From an uncultured Collinsella sp. (lineage in GTDB: Bacteria > Actinomycetota > Coriobacteriia > Coriobacteriales > Coriobacteriaceae), in contig CAJJQF010000002.1 in the NCBI GenBank assembly GCA_905193815.1, forward strand, positions 18,717 to 82,716: a DNA stretch of 64,000 nucleotides. The letters are read 5' to 3'. Positions 53,796-63,240 of this stretch are shown piece after piece; position 1 is the stretch's first letter; every line of letters begins with the position of its first letter. The notes beneath the pieces are model-generated. The model was not told where the DNA came from and searched no databases. It was given only the letters and a program-made list of their open reading frames with translations. Both the position numbers and the translations under genes were made by a program.

Positions 53796-54839
53796 TTAAG
53801 CATTGGTCTGGACGAAGCCGCCATCAAACGCATTGGCCTCGAGCACGCGGGCACAGCCGTTAACGACGTTATCGAGCGCCGTGGGGCTGACGTTGACCGA
53901 AACACCGGTCTCATCGCGCAGGCGCACGTCGAGACCGCGCAGCAGCGCGCCGCCACCAGTCAGCAAAATGCCGTAGTACATAAGGTCCGAGGCAAGATCG
54001 GGAGGCGTAGCGTCGAGTGCGTCCTTGACGGCCTTGGCCATCTCGTCGAGCGGCTTGTTGAGCGCGCGACGAATCTCCTCGCTCTCGATGCGCACGGTCT
54101 TGGGCAGACCGGTGATCACGTCGCGGCCGTTGACCTCGACGTCAAGCTCGTCCTTGAGCGGCACGGCGGAACCGACCTTGATCTTGATGTCCTCTGCCGT
54201 ACGCTCGCCGATGGCAAGGTTGTAGGCATCGCGAACGTGCGTGAGGATGGCCTGATCGAACTCGTCGCCGGCAATACGGATGGACTGCGAGACGACGATG
54301 CCGCCCATAGCGATAACGGCAACCTCGGTGGTACCGCCACCGATGTCGATGACCATGGAGCCGGTGGGCTCCTCGACAGGCAGGTCGGCGCCGATAGCGG
54401 CAGCCATGGGCTCCTCGATCAGGTAGGCCTGACGAGCGCCAGCCTGGATCGTGGCCTCAAAGACGGCACGCTTCTCGACCGACGTGACGCCGGAGGGGAC
54501 GCAGACGACAACGCGCGGACGCGGGGTCCACGGATAGCGCTTCTCGGACGCCTTGTCGATAAAGTAGCGAAGCATGGCCTCGGTAACATCGAAGTCGGCG
54601 ATGACGCCGTCCTTCAGGGGACGAACGGCCACGATGTTGCCGGGCGTACGGCCGAGCATGCGCTTTGCCTCGATACCGACCGCCAAGATGCGCTCGTCGT
54701 TCTTGTCGATGGCGACAACAGAGGGCTCGCGAATGACGATGCCCTTGCCGCGCACGGAGACAAGCGTATTTGCGGTGCCGAGGTCGATGGCAAGATCGCC
54801 CGCATAGCTACCGAAGAACATATCCATCAAAGAAAACAA
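53796..54839 (-). CDS. mreB: rod shape-determining protein MreB
   Basis: actin-fold ATPase motifs DLGTANT..., DIGGGTTE; 347 aa. Confidence 0.92.
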   Translation of the reverse strand: MFSLMDMFFGSYAGDLAIDLGTANTLVSVRGKGIVIREPSVVAIDKNDERILAVGIEAKRMLGRTPGNIVAVRPLKDGVIADFDVTEAMLRYFIDKASEKRYPWTPRPRVVVCVPSGVTSVEKRAVFEATIQAGARQAYLIEEPMAAAIGADLPVEEPTGSMVIDIGGGTTEVAVIAMGGIVVSQSIRIAGDEFDQAILTHVRDAYNLAIGERTAEDIKIKVGSAVPLKDELDVEVNGRDVITGLPKTVRIESEEIRRALNKPLDEMAKAVKDALDATPPDLASDLMYYGILLTGGGALLRGLDVRLRDETGVSVNVSPTALDNVVNGCARVLEANAFDGGFVQTNA

Positions 54840-54954
54840 CGCAACTCCTGATGTGTTGGATGATTGCTGGAAAACTACTAGCTCATCATACTAGCGCAAG
54901 CCCGGCACCTCACTTGTGGTGAAGCGCCGGGCAAAGCTAAATCCCATAAGGTCA

Positions 54955-56259
54955 CTACTGGTTGTCAGCAGCCGAGAAATCCATATCGAGCGAGGAAACG
55001 GCCCAGCCGATATGGTTGTCGGAGCGCACGAATTTGACGGTGTACTCCTGCTCGCCGCCCTTGGACAGCGATGCCTTCACCTTAGCGGTCGTCTCGGTCA
55101 TGGACTGATCCAAGCCCTCGACGGACACGGTGGCACCCTGCGGAATCGAGGAGATGATCATCGACTTAGCGTCCTCGGACAGGCTCGAGGCCAGGCAAGA
55201 CTCGGCCTTTGCCGTGTCACCGTCGCCGGCAGCCTGGAACAGATCGGTAACGACAGACTCCTGAGACGGGAAGCCAAAGCCGCGCGTGTAGGCAAAGCCC
55301 AGACCGCCCGCGGCGATCAAAATGAGCAGAAGCAGCACGATGAAGACTTTGAGGCCCGTGTGGCGATGGCGACGACGGACCTTGGCCTGCTTACGATCCT
55401 GACGATCCTGCTGGACCATCTCGGACTCGGACAGAGTAAAGAAGCCGGTGTCCGAGGGATCGGGCATAAACTGACCGGTCGCGCCCGTAGGATCGAGCGG
55501 ATCGACGGCAGGAGCGTCCATCGCGGGCGCCGGAGCCGTGGCCATAGCCGTCTGGGCAGACAGCGCGGCAAGCGAATCGTGCACGCGGGCAAGCTCATCG
55601 GCCTGCTCGGAGGTGAGCTGGTAGATGCCATCAGCAGTAGCGGCGTTAAAGGCGTCGAGTGCGTCGGAGGGACGGCCGGCGGCAGAAAGCGCCTGACCCA
55701 TGCCGGCGTTGAGCGCACGCGTGTCGTCGCGGGGGCCGGCAAAGTCGATAGCCGTGCGGTAGGTCTCCACGGCATCCGCCGGACGGCCGAGCTTAATGAA
55801 GCAACGACCGAGCTCGCCGAGTGCGGCGGCAGGAGCCGGATTGGCGCCGTCGATGGCGGCCTGACGGAAGGCAGTACCCGCGTTGGCATAGTCGCCCGAC
55901 TGGAACAGCGCATTGCCCAGGCCCAGATAGGCCTTGAACGGCGTGGCATAGGAAGCATCCTGCGTAGCAGCAGAGAACGCCTGAGCGGCCGTCGTGTAGT
56001 CGCCCACGGCGGCGAGCGCCTTGCCGCGGTTGGTGAGCAGCGCGCCGCGCTTGCCGTAGGTGCCGTCGTTGAGGGCGGCGGCATAGGCCTCGGCGGCCTC
56101 GGCATACATGCCCAGGTGCATCAAGGCGTTACCACGAAGGTGATCGGCCTCGCCCATAATCTCATCGGGAGATTTTGCCGCCCCAAGCATCTGGGCTGCA
56201 GCGGAAAAATCACCCGCGCGGTAAGCGGCGCGGCCCTGTTGGATCAGCTGGCTATTCAA
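54955..56259 (-). CDS. TPR-repeat protein with single TM and C-terminal extracytoplasmic domain
   Basis: multiple A..Y..A..G TPR-like repeats in N-terminal 250 aa, basic stretch RRHRH then hydrophobic helix, ~110-aa C-terminal domain. Confidence 0.7.
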   Translation of the reverse strand: MNSQLIQQGRAAYRAGDFSAAAQMLGAAKSPDEIMGEADHLRGNALMHLGMYAEAAEAYAAALNDGTYGKRGALLTNRGKALAAVGDYTTAAQAFSAATQDASYATPFKAYLGLGNALFQSGDYANAGTAFRQAAIDGANPAPAAALGELGRCFIKLGRPADAVETYRTAIDFAGPRDDTRALNAGMGQALSAAGRPSDALDAFNAATADGIYQLTSEQADELARVHDSLAALSAQTAMATAPAPAMDAPAVDPLDPTGATGQFMPDPSDTGFFTLSESEMVQQDRQDRKQAKVRRRHRHTGLKVFIVLLLLILIAAGGLGFAYTRGFGFPSQESVVTDLFQAAGDGDTAKAESCLASSLSEDAKSMIISSIPQGATVSVEGLDQSMTETTAKVKASLSKGGEQEYTVKFVRSDNHIGWAVSSLDMDFSAADNQ

Positions 56260-56270
56260 GGAAGTCCCCT

Positions 56271-56813
56271 TTACTCGTGAACGATCTCGACATGAACGAT
56301 CTCGTCGCCGGCACGCAGCTGCGAAATCACATCGAGACCCTCGACCGTGGTACCAAAGACGGTGTAACCGGAATCGAGGTTATGCTGGGCGCCCAGGCAG
56401 AAGTAGAACTGCGAACCCGCGGAATCGGGGTCCATGGAGCGTGCCATGGCAAGGGCACCATCGACATGGCTGTTGCGCGGATTGGTGGCAAACTCGCCCT
56501 TGATGCAGTAGCCGGGGCCACCGGTACCGGGCATGCCGTCGGGGCCCTCAAGGCCGGCAGCGACGTCGGCGCCGGACATATCGCGGGTATTGGGGTCGCC
56601 GCCCTGAATGACGAAGCCGGGAACATAGCGATGGAACTTAAGGCCATCATAGAAACCCATCGTGGAAAGCTCGCAGAAGTTCGCGACATGAATGGGAGCG
56701 CCCTCGCCGTCAAACTTGACCTTGATGGTACCCTTCGACGTCTCGATAACGGCGCACTCGTCGCCGGCAAGCTGATACTCGGGCGTGTAGAGCTCTTTCT
56801 TAAAACCAAACAT
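56271..56813 (-). CDS. ppiB: peptidyl-prolyl cis-trans isomerase, cyclophilin type
   Basis: cyclophilin signature FHRYVPGFVIQGGD... Confidence 0.88.
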   Translation of the reverse strand: MFGFKKELYTPEYQLAGDECAVIETSKGTIKVKFDGEGAPIHVANFCELSTMGFYDGLKFHRYVPGFVIQGGDPNTRDMSGADVAAGLEGPDGMPGTGGPGYCIKGEFATNPRNSHVDGALAMARSMDPDSAGSQFYFCLGAQHNLDSGYTVFGTTVEGLDVISQLRAGDEIVHVEIVHE

Positions 56814-56920
56814 GTGGTTCCTTCCTCGTGCGTTTAAAGCATATTTGTACGAATTGTAGCAATAAGCATGCGCTTACATCAATTGCGCACGTAGGTTATA
56901 CCGACTATGGCGAACTAATT

Positions 56921-58093
56921 TTAGGAACGCTGCTGCGGCTTCCAGGAACCCACATTGGCGTCGTACTGGTTCAGCGCGCTATTGCCGCCCTGTGCGATGG
57001 GCGCCAGGATCTCGCTTTGGTGAGAACTCATCGACTCGCCATCGGGAATGGCCAGCGAGATGTCCCAACTCTGGCAGATCACGTCGACGCGCTCATACAT
57101 CCACTCGGCAAGCTGCTTTAAGTGGGCAATGTCGTCCGCATAGACCGTATCGTCCTGGTACTTAAGGTTGCTGAGCTCATCTTGCGTCTTTTTAATCTGG
57201 TCGCGCAGGGCGTAGGCACTCTGCGACAGCTCCTGACGGGTGGACAGCGGCGTTCGGAGATAGCCGTTGTTAAAGGAATCGATGACCTCGCCGATCTGGT
57301 CCTCGTCACCGTAGGACACGATGGTCTGATACAGACCGTCGAGCCTGGTATAGAGCTGATCATCGGTGAGCACGGTTTCTTCCTGGACCACCTCGGCAGA
57401 ATCGTCTTGCTTGGTATCGTCCTCAGTCGCCTCGCCCTTTTGGCGCGTGGGGAAGGTCGTCTGCGCAGCCTGGCCAAACTGGTCGTAGAAGCCAGGCATG
57501 ACACCCATGGGATCGGCCGTCACGAACCAATAGGCACCGCCGCAAACGACGGCAAGGACCGCGATGACAATGAGCGGCTTGGGAATATGACGCTTGTGCT
57601 TGTGATAGGCGTCCTCGTCGGGATGCACCTTGCGCTTGGGTTTTTGAGCATCGTCATGCAGGGAAACGGGCGTGGGAATATCGACCTTGGGGATACCGAA
57701 ATCCTTATCGAAAGCCGGCAGCACGCAGGTCTCGTTAGGATCGGCGGCGTCCGAAAGCACCGCAGCGGCAGAGGCCGGCGCATGCGGCACCTCGGTATCG
57801 ATCTGCTCTTGCGTTAGGCGCGGAAAGCCCGCCGTGCGGCCCGCAGCCAGGTCAGATGCGGCCGCGTCCTCGGAGAGGATACCCGGAGCGGGGCGTCCGC
57901 ATTTGGGGCACGTACGATCATGCGGAGAAAGACGGGCACCGCAGCCCTCACAGAACACGAACTCGGTGTGCTCGGGACCATCGCCCGGGCCCACATAGGC
58001 GTTGCAGTAGGGGCAGAACGAGGCGCCGTCCTCGATAGTCTTAAGGCAATGCGGGCAGATCACGGCATCCTCTTTTCGAAGCAATTCAAACAA
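56921..58093 (-). CDS. double zinc-ribbon membrane protein, function unknown
   Basis: CPHC...CPYC and CEGC...CPKC zinc ribbons, one TM (IVIAVLAVVCGGAYWFV), ~170-aa extracytoplasmic domain. Confidence 0.6.
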   Translation of the reverse strand: MFELLRKEDAVICPHCLKTIEDGASFCPYCNAYVGPGDGPEHTEFVFCEGCGARLSPHDRTCPKCGRPAPGILSEDAAASDLAAGRTAGFPRLTQEQIDTEVPHAPASAAAVLSDAADPNETCVLPAFDKDFGIPKVDIPTPVSLHDDAQKPKRKVHPDEDAYHKHKRHIPKPLIVIAVLAVVCGGAYWFVTADPMGVMPGFYDQFGQAAQTTFPTRQKGEATEDDTKQDDSAEVVQEETVLTDDQLYTRLDGLYQTIVSYGDEDQIGEVIDSFNNGYLRTPLSTRQELSQSAYALRDQIKKTQDELSNLKYQDDTVYADDIAHLKQLAEWMYERVDVICQSWDISLAIPDGESMSSHQSEILAPIAQGGNSALNQYDANVGSWKPQQRS

Positions 58094-58166
58094 TCGAGGT
58101 TAGAGCATAACATCGCCACGGCCCCACAGGAACAAGGCACCAATTCAACATCGCCAGGGCGCGTAG

Positions 58167-60905
58167 CTACTTCTTCTTTTTGCTTGGCATCGAGACTTTG
58201 ATGCCTTGGGCGGACTTGGTCACGCGAGAGCGCTTGGCTCTGGCACTACTCTTTTTCTTGGGCTGGGCCTGGGCCACGCCCTCGAGCGCGCGGGCCTCGG
58301 CCTCGCGAACGGTGCGATCTTCGCGGCGCTGCGCCATGTCGGCGGCGAAGCGCTTGGCAAAACGCTCGGCCGTCGAACCCGTCGAGCTCACCTTGCCGCC
58401 ACCGCGACCCAGGCGGACGCGCACCCCGCGGCCAAAACCAGTTGCGGCATGACGACGACGCGGCTTGAGCGAATCCATCATCGTGGCGAGCTTAAAGAAC
58501 ACCGAGCAGGTAAAGACCACGATGACAGCCAAGATAACCATCTGGCCCATCGACAGGTTGGCAATAGACAGCAGCTCCGGGAATCCGATAACGCCCACCA
58601 AGATGCCGGCGACTACAAACACAAAGAGCACCACACGTAAGGGCGTGAGAGGCTGCGAGATGCGCCAGATCAGGCTGACGCTCGCCGCGCACGACGTAAG
58701 CAGGCACATCGTAGAGAGCGTGAGCTGGCTAAAGCCAAACACGCGCGCCACAAAGATATCGAGCGCCGCAGCCAAAATGACCGCAATCGACGCCGGCAGC
58801 GCACGCTTGAGTACGTTGGTCAAAAACGCACCCTTCACGCGAGCATTGTTGGGCTCCAAGCCCAACACAAAGCCCGGCGCGCCGATGCAGAAGAAGTTAA
58901 TGAGCGTCATCTGGATTGGCTCGAAGGGGTACGGCGGCAGCGCGATGCACAGCGCCGCCAGGCCCATCGAGAACAGCGTCTTGGTCAGGAACAACGAGGC
59001 CGAACGCTGCAGGTTGTTGATGGAACGACGGCCCTCGGCCACCACGGCGGGCATCGAGGCAAAGTCGTTGTCGACGAGTACGATCTCGGCCACGTTGCGC
59101 GCGGCATCGGAACCGGCCGCCATGGCGACGGAGCAGTCGGCCTCCTTGAGCGCCAGCACGTCGTTGACGCCGTCGCCCGTCATGGCCACGGTGTGCTCGC
59201 GGCGCTTGAGCGCCTGCACGAGCTCGCGCTTCTGCTGCGGGGTCACACGACCAAAGACATGGTAGCGGTCCACTGCGGCATCGAGCTTGGCCGGCGTATC
59301 GAGCGTCGTGGCGTCCACATAAGCGTCCGCCCCCGGCACGCCCACCACGCGCGCGATCGACGACACCGTACGCGGGTCGTCGCCGCTGATCACGTTGAGG
59401 GTCACGCCCTGCTCGTTAAAGTAACCGATGGTCTCGGCCGCCGAGGTACGAATCTCGTCGCGGATGGTCACAAAGCCCACGGGCTCGGCCTCGCCCACCA
59501 TATCGCCATCGGGCGTAAAGCCGTCCACGCGCGCCACCACGAGCACACGGCAGGTATCGGCAAGCTCGGCGACACGGTTCTCGACCTGGGCAAACACACG
59601 ATCAGAGAGCACAAACTGCGCGGCGCCCATCACATAGGAGCCCTGCGCAAAAGAAGCCCCGCTCCATTTTTTAGACGACGAGAATGGAATGACCGACAGC
59701 GGCTCGGACACCTCGACCGGACGATCGGCGTAATAGTTGAGCAGCGCCTGGCAGGTCTCGTTGGCATCGGCCGAAGTCGCACGCGCGACGTTAGCCAGCG
59801 CAAAATCGAGCACCGTGGTATCGACGGGAACGGCCGCCTCGTCCGAGCCGGCGCCTAGGCTCACGCCCTCAACCGGCAGCTGATACGTGCCCTCGACTTC
59901 CATGCGGCCCGACGTGATGGTGCCCGTCTTGTCCAGGCACAGCACGTCGACGCGAGCGAGCGTCTCGATGCAGTAGAGCTGCTGCGCCAGCACCTTGCGA
60001 CGCGCCAGGCGCACCGTGGCGATGGCGAGCACCGACGAGGTCAGCAGCACCAGGCCTTGCGGGATCATGCCCAGCAGGGCGCCCACCGTGGACAGCAGCG
60101 CCGACGAAGGCACATGACCAGCCAACAGCTCGGAGAAGCACCACGAAAGCGCGCTATCGCCCGGGGTTCCCGCGGCATCCCACAGCTCGCTCACACTCGA
60201 GGCAAACAACGCCAAACCGAGCGGGATCATGATGATGCTCGCAAAGCGCACGATGGCGTTAAGCGCGTTCATGATCTCGGAATTGACCTTTTTGACGTAC
60301 TTGGCCTCGTTATTAATTTTGGCCACGTAGTTGTCGGCGCCGACATGGATCACGCGGGCGCGCAGCAGGCCCGAGTCGATAAAGCTGCCGCTCATGAGCT
60401 CAGAACCAGGCTGCTTCTTAATAAGGTCGCTCTCGCCCGTCAGCAGGCTCTCGTTCACGAGCGCCTCGCCCGAAACCACCACGGCGTCGGCGGGAATCTG
60501 GTCGCCGCGCCCCAGGCGAATGATGTCGTCAAGCACGATCTGGTCCAGGTCGAGCTCCACCTCGGCACCGTCGCGCACCGCGATGGCCTTCTTGGAGGTC
60601 AGCAGCGTGAGCTTATCGACCATCTTCTTGGAACGCATGGACTGAATGACGCCAATGGCGGTATTGAGGAACACCACGAACAGGAACGTCAGATTCTTAA
60701 ACGAACCGGTCAAAATGACCAGGAACGCCAAGATCACGTTGATCAAATTGAACAGCGTGCAGAGGTTCTCGATGATGAGCTCTTTGACCGACTCGGTCTT
60801 GAGCTCCATGTTGCGGTTGATCTTACCGGCGGCGATGCGCTCCTCGACCTCGGCGGTCGAGAGTCCGCGCTCGATATCCGTTGCTGCCATACCACGTCCC
60901 ATCAC
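58167..60905 (-). CDS. cation-transporting P-type ATPase (Ca2+/Mg2+ P2-type-like) with long Lys/Arg-rich C-terminal tail
   Basis: DKTGTIT phosphorylation motif, TGDGVNDVLALKEAD hinge, 10 TM; start may be the internal M6 (MAATDIERG). Confidence 0.88.
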   Translation of the reverse strand: MMGRGMAATDIERGLSTAEVEERIAAGKINRNMELKTESVKELIIENLCTLFNLINVILAFLVILTGSFKNLTFLFVVFLNTAIGVIQSMRSKKMVDKLTLLTSKKAIAVRDGAEVELDLDQIVLDDIIRLGRGDQIPADAVVVSGEALVNESLLTGESDLIKKQPGSELMSGSFIDSGLLRARVIHVGADNYVAKINNEAKYVKKVNSEIMNALNAIVRFASIIMIPLGLALFASSVSELWDAAGTPGDSALSWCFSELLAGHVPSSALLSTVGALLGMIPQGLVLLTSSVLAIATVRLARRKVLAQQLYCIETLARVDVLCLDKTGTITSGRMEVEGTYQLPVEGVSLGAGSDEAAVPVDTTVLDFALANVARATSADANETCQALLNYYADRPVEVSEPLSVIPFSSSKKWSGASFAQGSYVMGAAQFVLSDRVFAQVENRVAELADTCRVLVVARVDGFTPDGDMVGEAEPVGFVTIRDEIRTSAAETIGYFNEQGVTLNVISGDDPRTVSSIARVVGVPGADAYVDATTLDTPAKLDAAVDRYHVFGRVTPQQKRELVQALKRREHTVAMTGDGVNDVLALKEADCSVAMAAGSDAARNVAEIVLVDNDFASMPAVVAEGRRSINNLQRSASLFLTKTLFSMGLAALCIALPPYPFEPIQMTLINFFCIGAPGFVLGLEPNNARVKGAFLTNVLKRALPASIAVILAAALDIFVARVFGFSQLTLSTMCLLTSCAASVSLIWRISQPLTPLRVVLFVFVVAGILVGVIGFPELLSIANLSMGQMVILAVIVVFTCSVFFKLATMMDSLKPRRRHAATGFGRGVRVRLGRGGGKVSSTGSTAERFAKRFAADMAQRREDRTVREAEARALEGVAQAQPKKKSSARAKRSRVTKSAQGIKVSMPSKKKK

Positions 60906-60919
60906 GTCGCGTCGGTATA

Positions 60920-60955
60920 AGAAAAACCGCCCGGACCATGCGAGGTTCGGACGGT
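60920..60955 (-). terminator. hairpin plus U-tract immediately downstream of tRNA-Arg
   Basis: ACCGTCCGAACC-loop-GGTCCGGGCGGT then TTTTTC on minus strand; only ~15 nt before the ATPase start codon. Confidence 0.5.
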
Positions 60956-60966
60956 CTTACGTTCGA

Positions 60967-61043
60967 TGGTGCCCCATGTTGGATTCGAACCAACGGCCTT
61001 CTGCTCCGGAGGCAGACGCTCTAATCCCCTGAGCTAATAGGGC
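60967..61043 (-). tRNA. tRNA-Arg (anticodon CCG)
   Basis: cloverleaf checked by hand: acceptor GCCCTAT/ATGGGGC, D-stem GCTC/GAGC, anticodon stem TCTGC/GCAGA with loop CUCCGGA, T-stem GTTGG/CCAAC with TTCGAAT loop, encoded CCA. Confidence 0.85.
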
Positions 61044-61191
61044 CAACGAAAGGCATTATACCCAAGTGCACCTCGGGCTATCAAAATAAAAGAAAAAGCT
61101 TTGCAATTCCGAGGAAGACGCGGCGCAACGGCCCACTTTAGAAGGCAAAAGCGAGTCAGATAGTATAAACTCTCATGCACCATATATACAC

Positions 61192-61214
61192 GGCTCGCGA
61201 TGCGGGCCGTTTTT
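61192..61214 (+). promoter_or_regulatory. terminator-like hairpin (GGCTCGC-gat-GCGGGCC + GTTTTT) ~30 nt upstream of the aroG start; candidate attenuator
   Basis: seen in sequence; followed by GAGGTGAGAGG SD and ATG at 61248. Confidence 0.35.
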
Positions 61215-61247
61215 GCAAGGGTTATCCATCGAGGTGAGAGGCACACC

Positions 61248-62270
61248 ATGATTGCAATTCTAAAGCAAAGTGCCAGCGACGAGGCCGTCGGCCATATCGT
61301 CAGCTGGATTGAGAAAAAGGGCCTGAAGACCGATGTCTCGCGCGGCGAGAACGAGACGATCATCGGCCTGGTGGGCGATACGACCAAGATCGACCCGTTC
61401 CTGCTCGAGTCCATGGATGTCGTCGAGCGCGTGCAGCGCGTCTCCGAGCCGTTCAAGCGCGCCAACCGCAAGTTCCACCCCGAGGACTCCGTCATCGACT
61501 GCGGTCACGGCGTCAAGATCGGCGGCGACCAGTTCCAGGTCATCGCCGGTCCCTGCTCCGTCGAGGGCGAGAACCTCATCCGCATCGCCCGCCGCGTGAA
61601 GGCCGCCGGTGCCACGATGCTGCGCGGCGGTGCCTACAAGCCCCGCACCTCCCCCTACGCCTACCAGGGCATGGGCCCCGCCGGCCTCGACCTGCTGTGC
61701 GAGGCGTCTGCCGAGCTCGACATGCCGATCGTCACCGAGATCATGGACCCACGCGACGTGCAGGTCTTCTTGGACAAGAAGATTGACGTCATGCAGATCG
61801 GCGCCCGCAACGCCCAGAACTTCCCCCTGCTCAAGGAGGTCGGCAAGACCCAGACCCCGATTCTGCTCAAGCGCGGCATGTCCGGCACGATCGACGAGCT
61901 GCTTATGGCAGCCGAGTACATCATGAGCGAGGGCAACGACAACGTCATCCTGTGCGAGCGCGGTATCCGCACCTTCGAGACCCGCACCCGCAATACCTTC
62001 GACCTCAACGCCGTGCCGGTGCTGCACCACCTGTCGCACCTGCCCGTCGTCGCCGACCCCAGCCACGCCACCGGCTACACCCGCTACGTTGAGCCCATGG
62101 CGCTCGCCGCGACCGCCTGCGGTGCCAACGGCCTGGAGATCGAGGTCCACGACGAGCCGAGCCGCGCCTGGTCCGACGGTGCCCAGGCCCTCACCCCCGA
62201 TCAGTTCGACGACACCATGCGCCGCATCCGAGCCATCCGCGAGGTCGTCTGCCAAGAGACTATGGAGTAG
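61248..62270 (+). CDS. aroG: 3-deoxy-7-phosphoheptulonate (DAHP) synthase, type I-beta with N-terminal ACT/FL regulatory domain
   Basis: KDO8PS-like core (GAYKPRTSPY, IGARN) preceded by ~90-aa ferredoxin-like domain; start MIAILKQS with strong SD (ORF-track ATG at 61200 lies in the upstream hairpin). Confidence 0.88.
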   Translation: MIAILKQSASDEAVGHIVSWIEKKGLKTDVSRGENETIIGLVGDTTKIDPFLLESMDVVERVQRVSEPFKRANRKFHPEDSVIDCGHGVKIGGDQFQVIAGPCSVEGENLIRIARRVKAAGATMLRGGAYKPRTSPYAYQGMGPAGLDLLCEASAELDMPIVTEIMDPRDVQVFLDKKIDVMQIGARNAQNFPLLKEVGKTQTPILLKRGMSGTIDELLMAAEYIMSEGNDNVILCERGIRTFETRTRNTFDLNAVPVLHHLSHLPVVADPSHATGYTRYVEPMALAATACGANGLEIEVHDEPSRAWSDGAQALTPDQFDDTMRRIRAIREVVCQETME

Positions 62271-62273
62271 CCC

Positions 62274-63194
62274 ATGGGTACGGTGAGAAACGCGCGCGTT
62301 AACCAGGGCGGCCCCAAGTGCGCCGGCATCGTCGGCCTGGGCCTCATCGGCGGCAGCTTTGCCCGCGGCTATGCGCAGGCGGGCGTCCGCGTGCTGGCCT
62401 GGGACCCCGATGACGATGTCATGACAGCCGCCAGCATGGGCACCGTTGCCGGCGAGCTCAACGACAAGACACTCGGCGAATGCGACATCATCGTCCTCGC
62501 CTGCTATCCCGAGGCATGCATCGAGTGGCTCGAGGCGCACGCCCAGGCGCTCGCCGACGCCACCGACACCGACACCGACGCCATTATGGGTCCCGTGGTG
62601 ATCGACACCGTGGGCGTCAAGGGCATTGTGTGCGAACGCGCCTTTGAGCTTGCCCGCGAGCACGGCTTTTACTTTGTGGGCGCGCACCCCATGGCGGGCA
62701 CCCAGTTCTCGGGCTATGCACACTCCTGCGCCGACCTGTTCCAGGGCGCCCCGCTGGTGCTCGTACCGCCCGCGGTGGACGATGCGCTCAAGCTGGAGCT
62801 TTTGGGCCAGGTGCGCGAGATGGTGCGCCCCTTGGGCTTTGGCAAGTTCAGCGTGACGAACGCCGCCGAGCACGACCGCGTCATCGCCTTCACGAGCCAG
62901 CTTGCGCACGTGGTATCCAACGCCTACGTAAAGAGCCCGACCGCCCAGGTCCACCACGGCTTTTCGGCCGGTAGCTACCGCGATCTCACCCGCGTGGCGC
63001 ACCTCAACCCGCAAATGTGGTCCGAGCTCATGATCGACGACGCCGACGCGCTCGCCTTCGAGATCGACCATCTGATCGAGTCGCTTGGCGCCTACAGCCG
63101 TGCGCTCAAGAACCGCGACCAGCGCTATCTGGAGAATCTCCTTGCCGAGGGCGACCGCATCAAGCGCGCACTCGACGACGAGTCCTCCCACTAG
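62274..63194 (+). CDS. tyrA: prephenate dehydrogenase
   Basis: Rossmann GIVGLGLIGGS, TyrA-family catalytic region HPMAG. Confidence 0.85.
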   Translation: MGTVRNARVNQGGPKCAGIVGLGLIGGSFARGYAQAGVRVLAWDPDDDVMTAASMGTVAGELNDKTLGECDIIVLACYPEACIEWLEAHAQALADATDTDTDAIMGPVVIDTVGVKGIVCERAFELAREHGFYFVGAHPMAGTQFSGYAHSCADLFQGAPLVLVPPAVDDALKLELLGQVREMVRPLGFGKFSVTNAAEHDRVIAFTSQLAHVVSNAYVKSPTAQVHHGFSAGSYRDLTRVAHLNPQMWSELMIDDADALAFEIDHLIESLGAYSRALKNRDQRYLENLLAEGDRIKRALDDESSH

Positions 63195-63240
63195 ACCACC
63201 TATCACGCCAGGTCGAAAGGACCGAAACTTATGGCGATTA

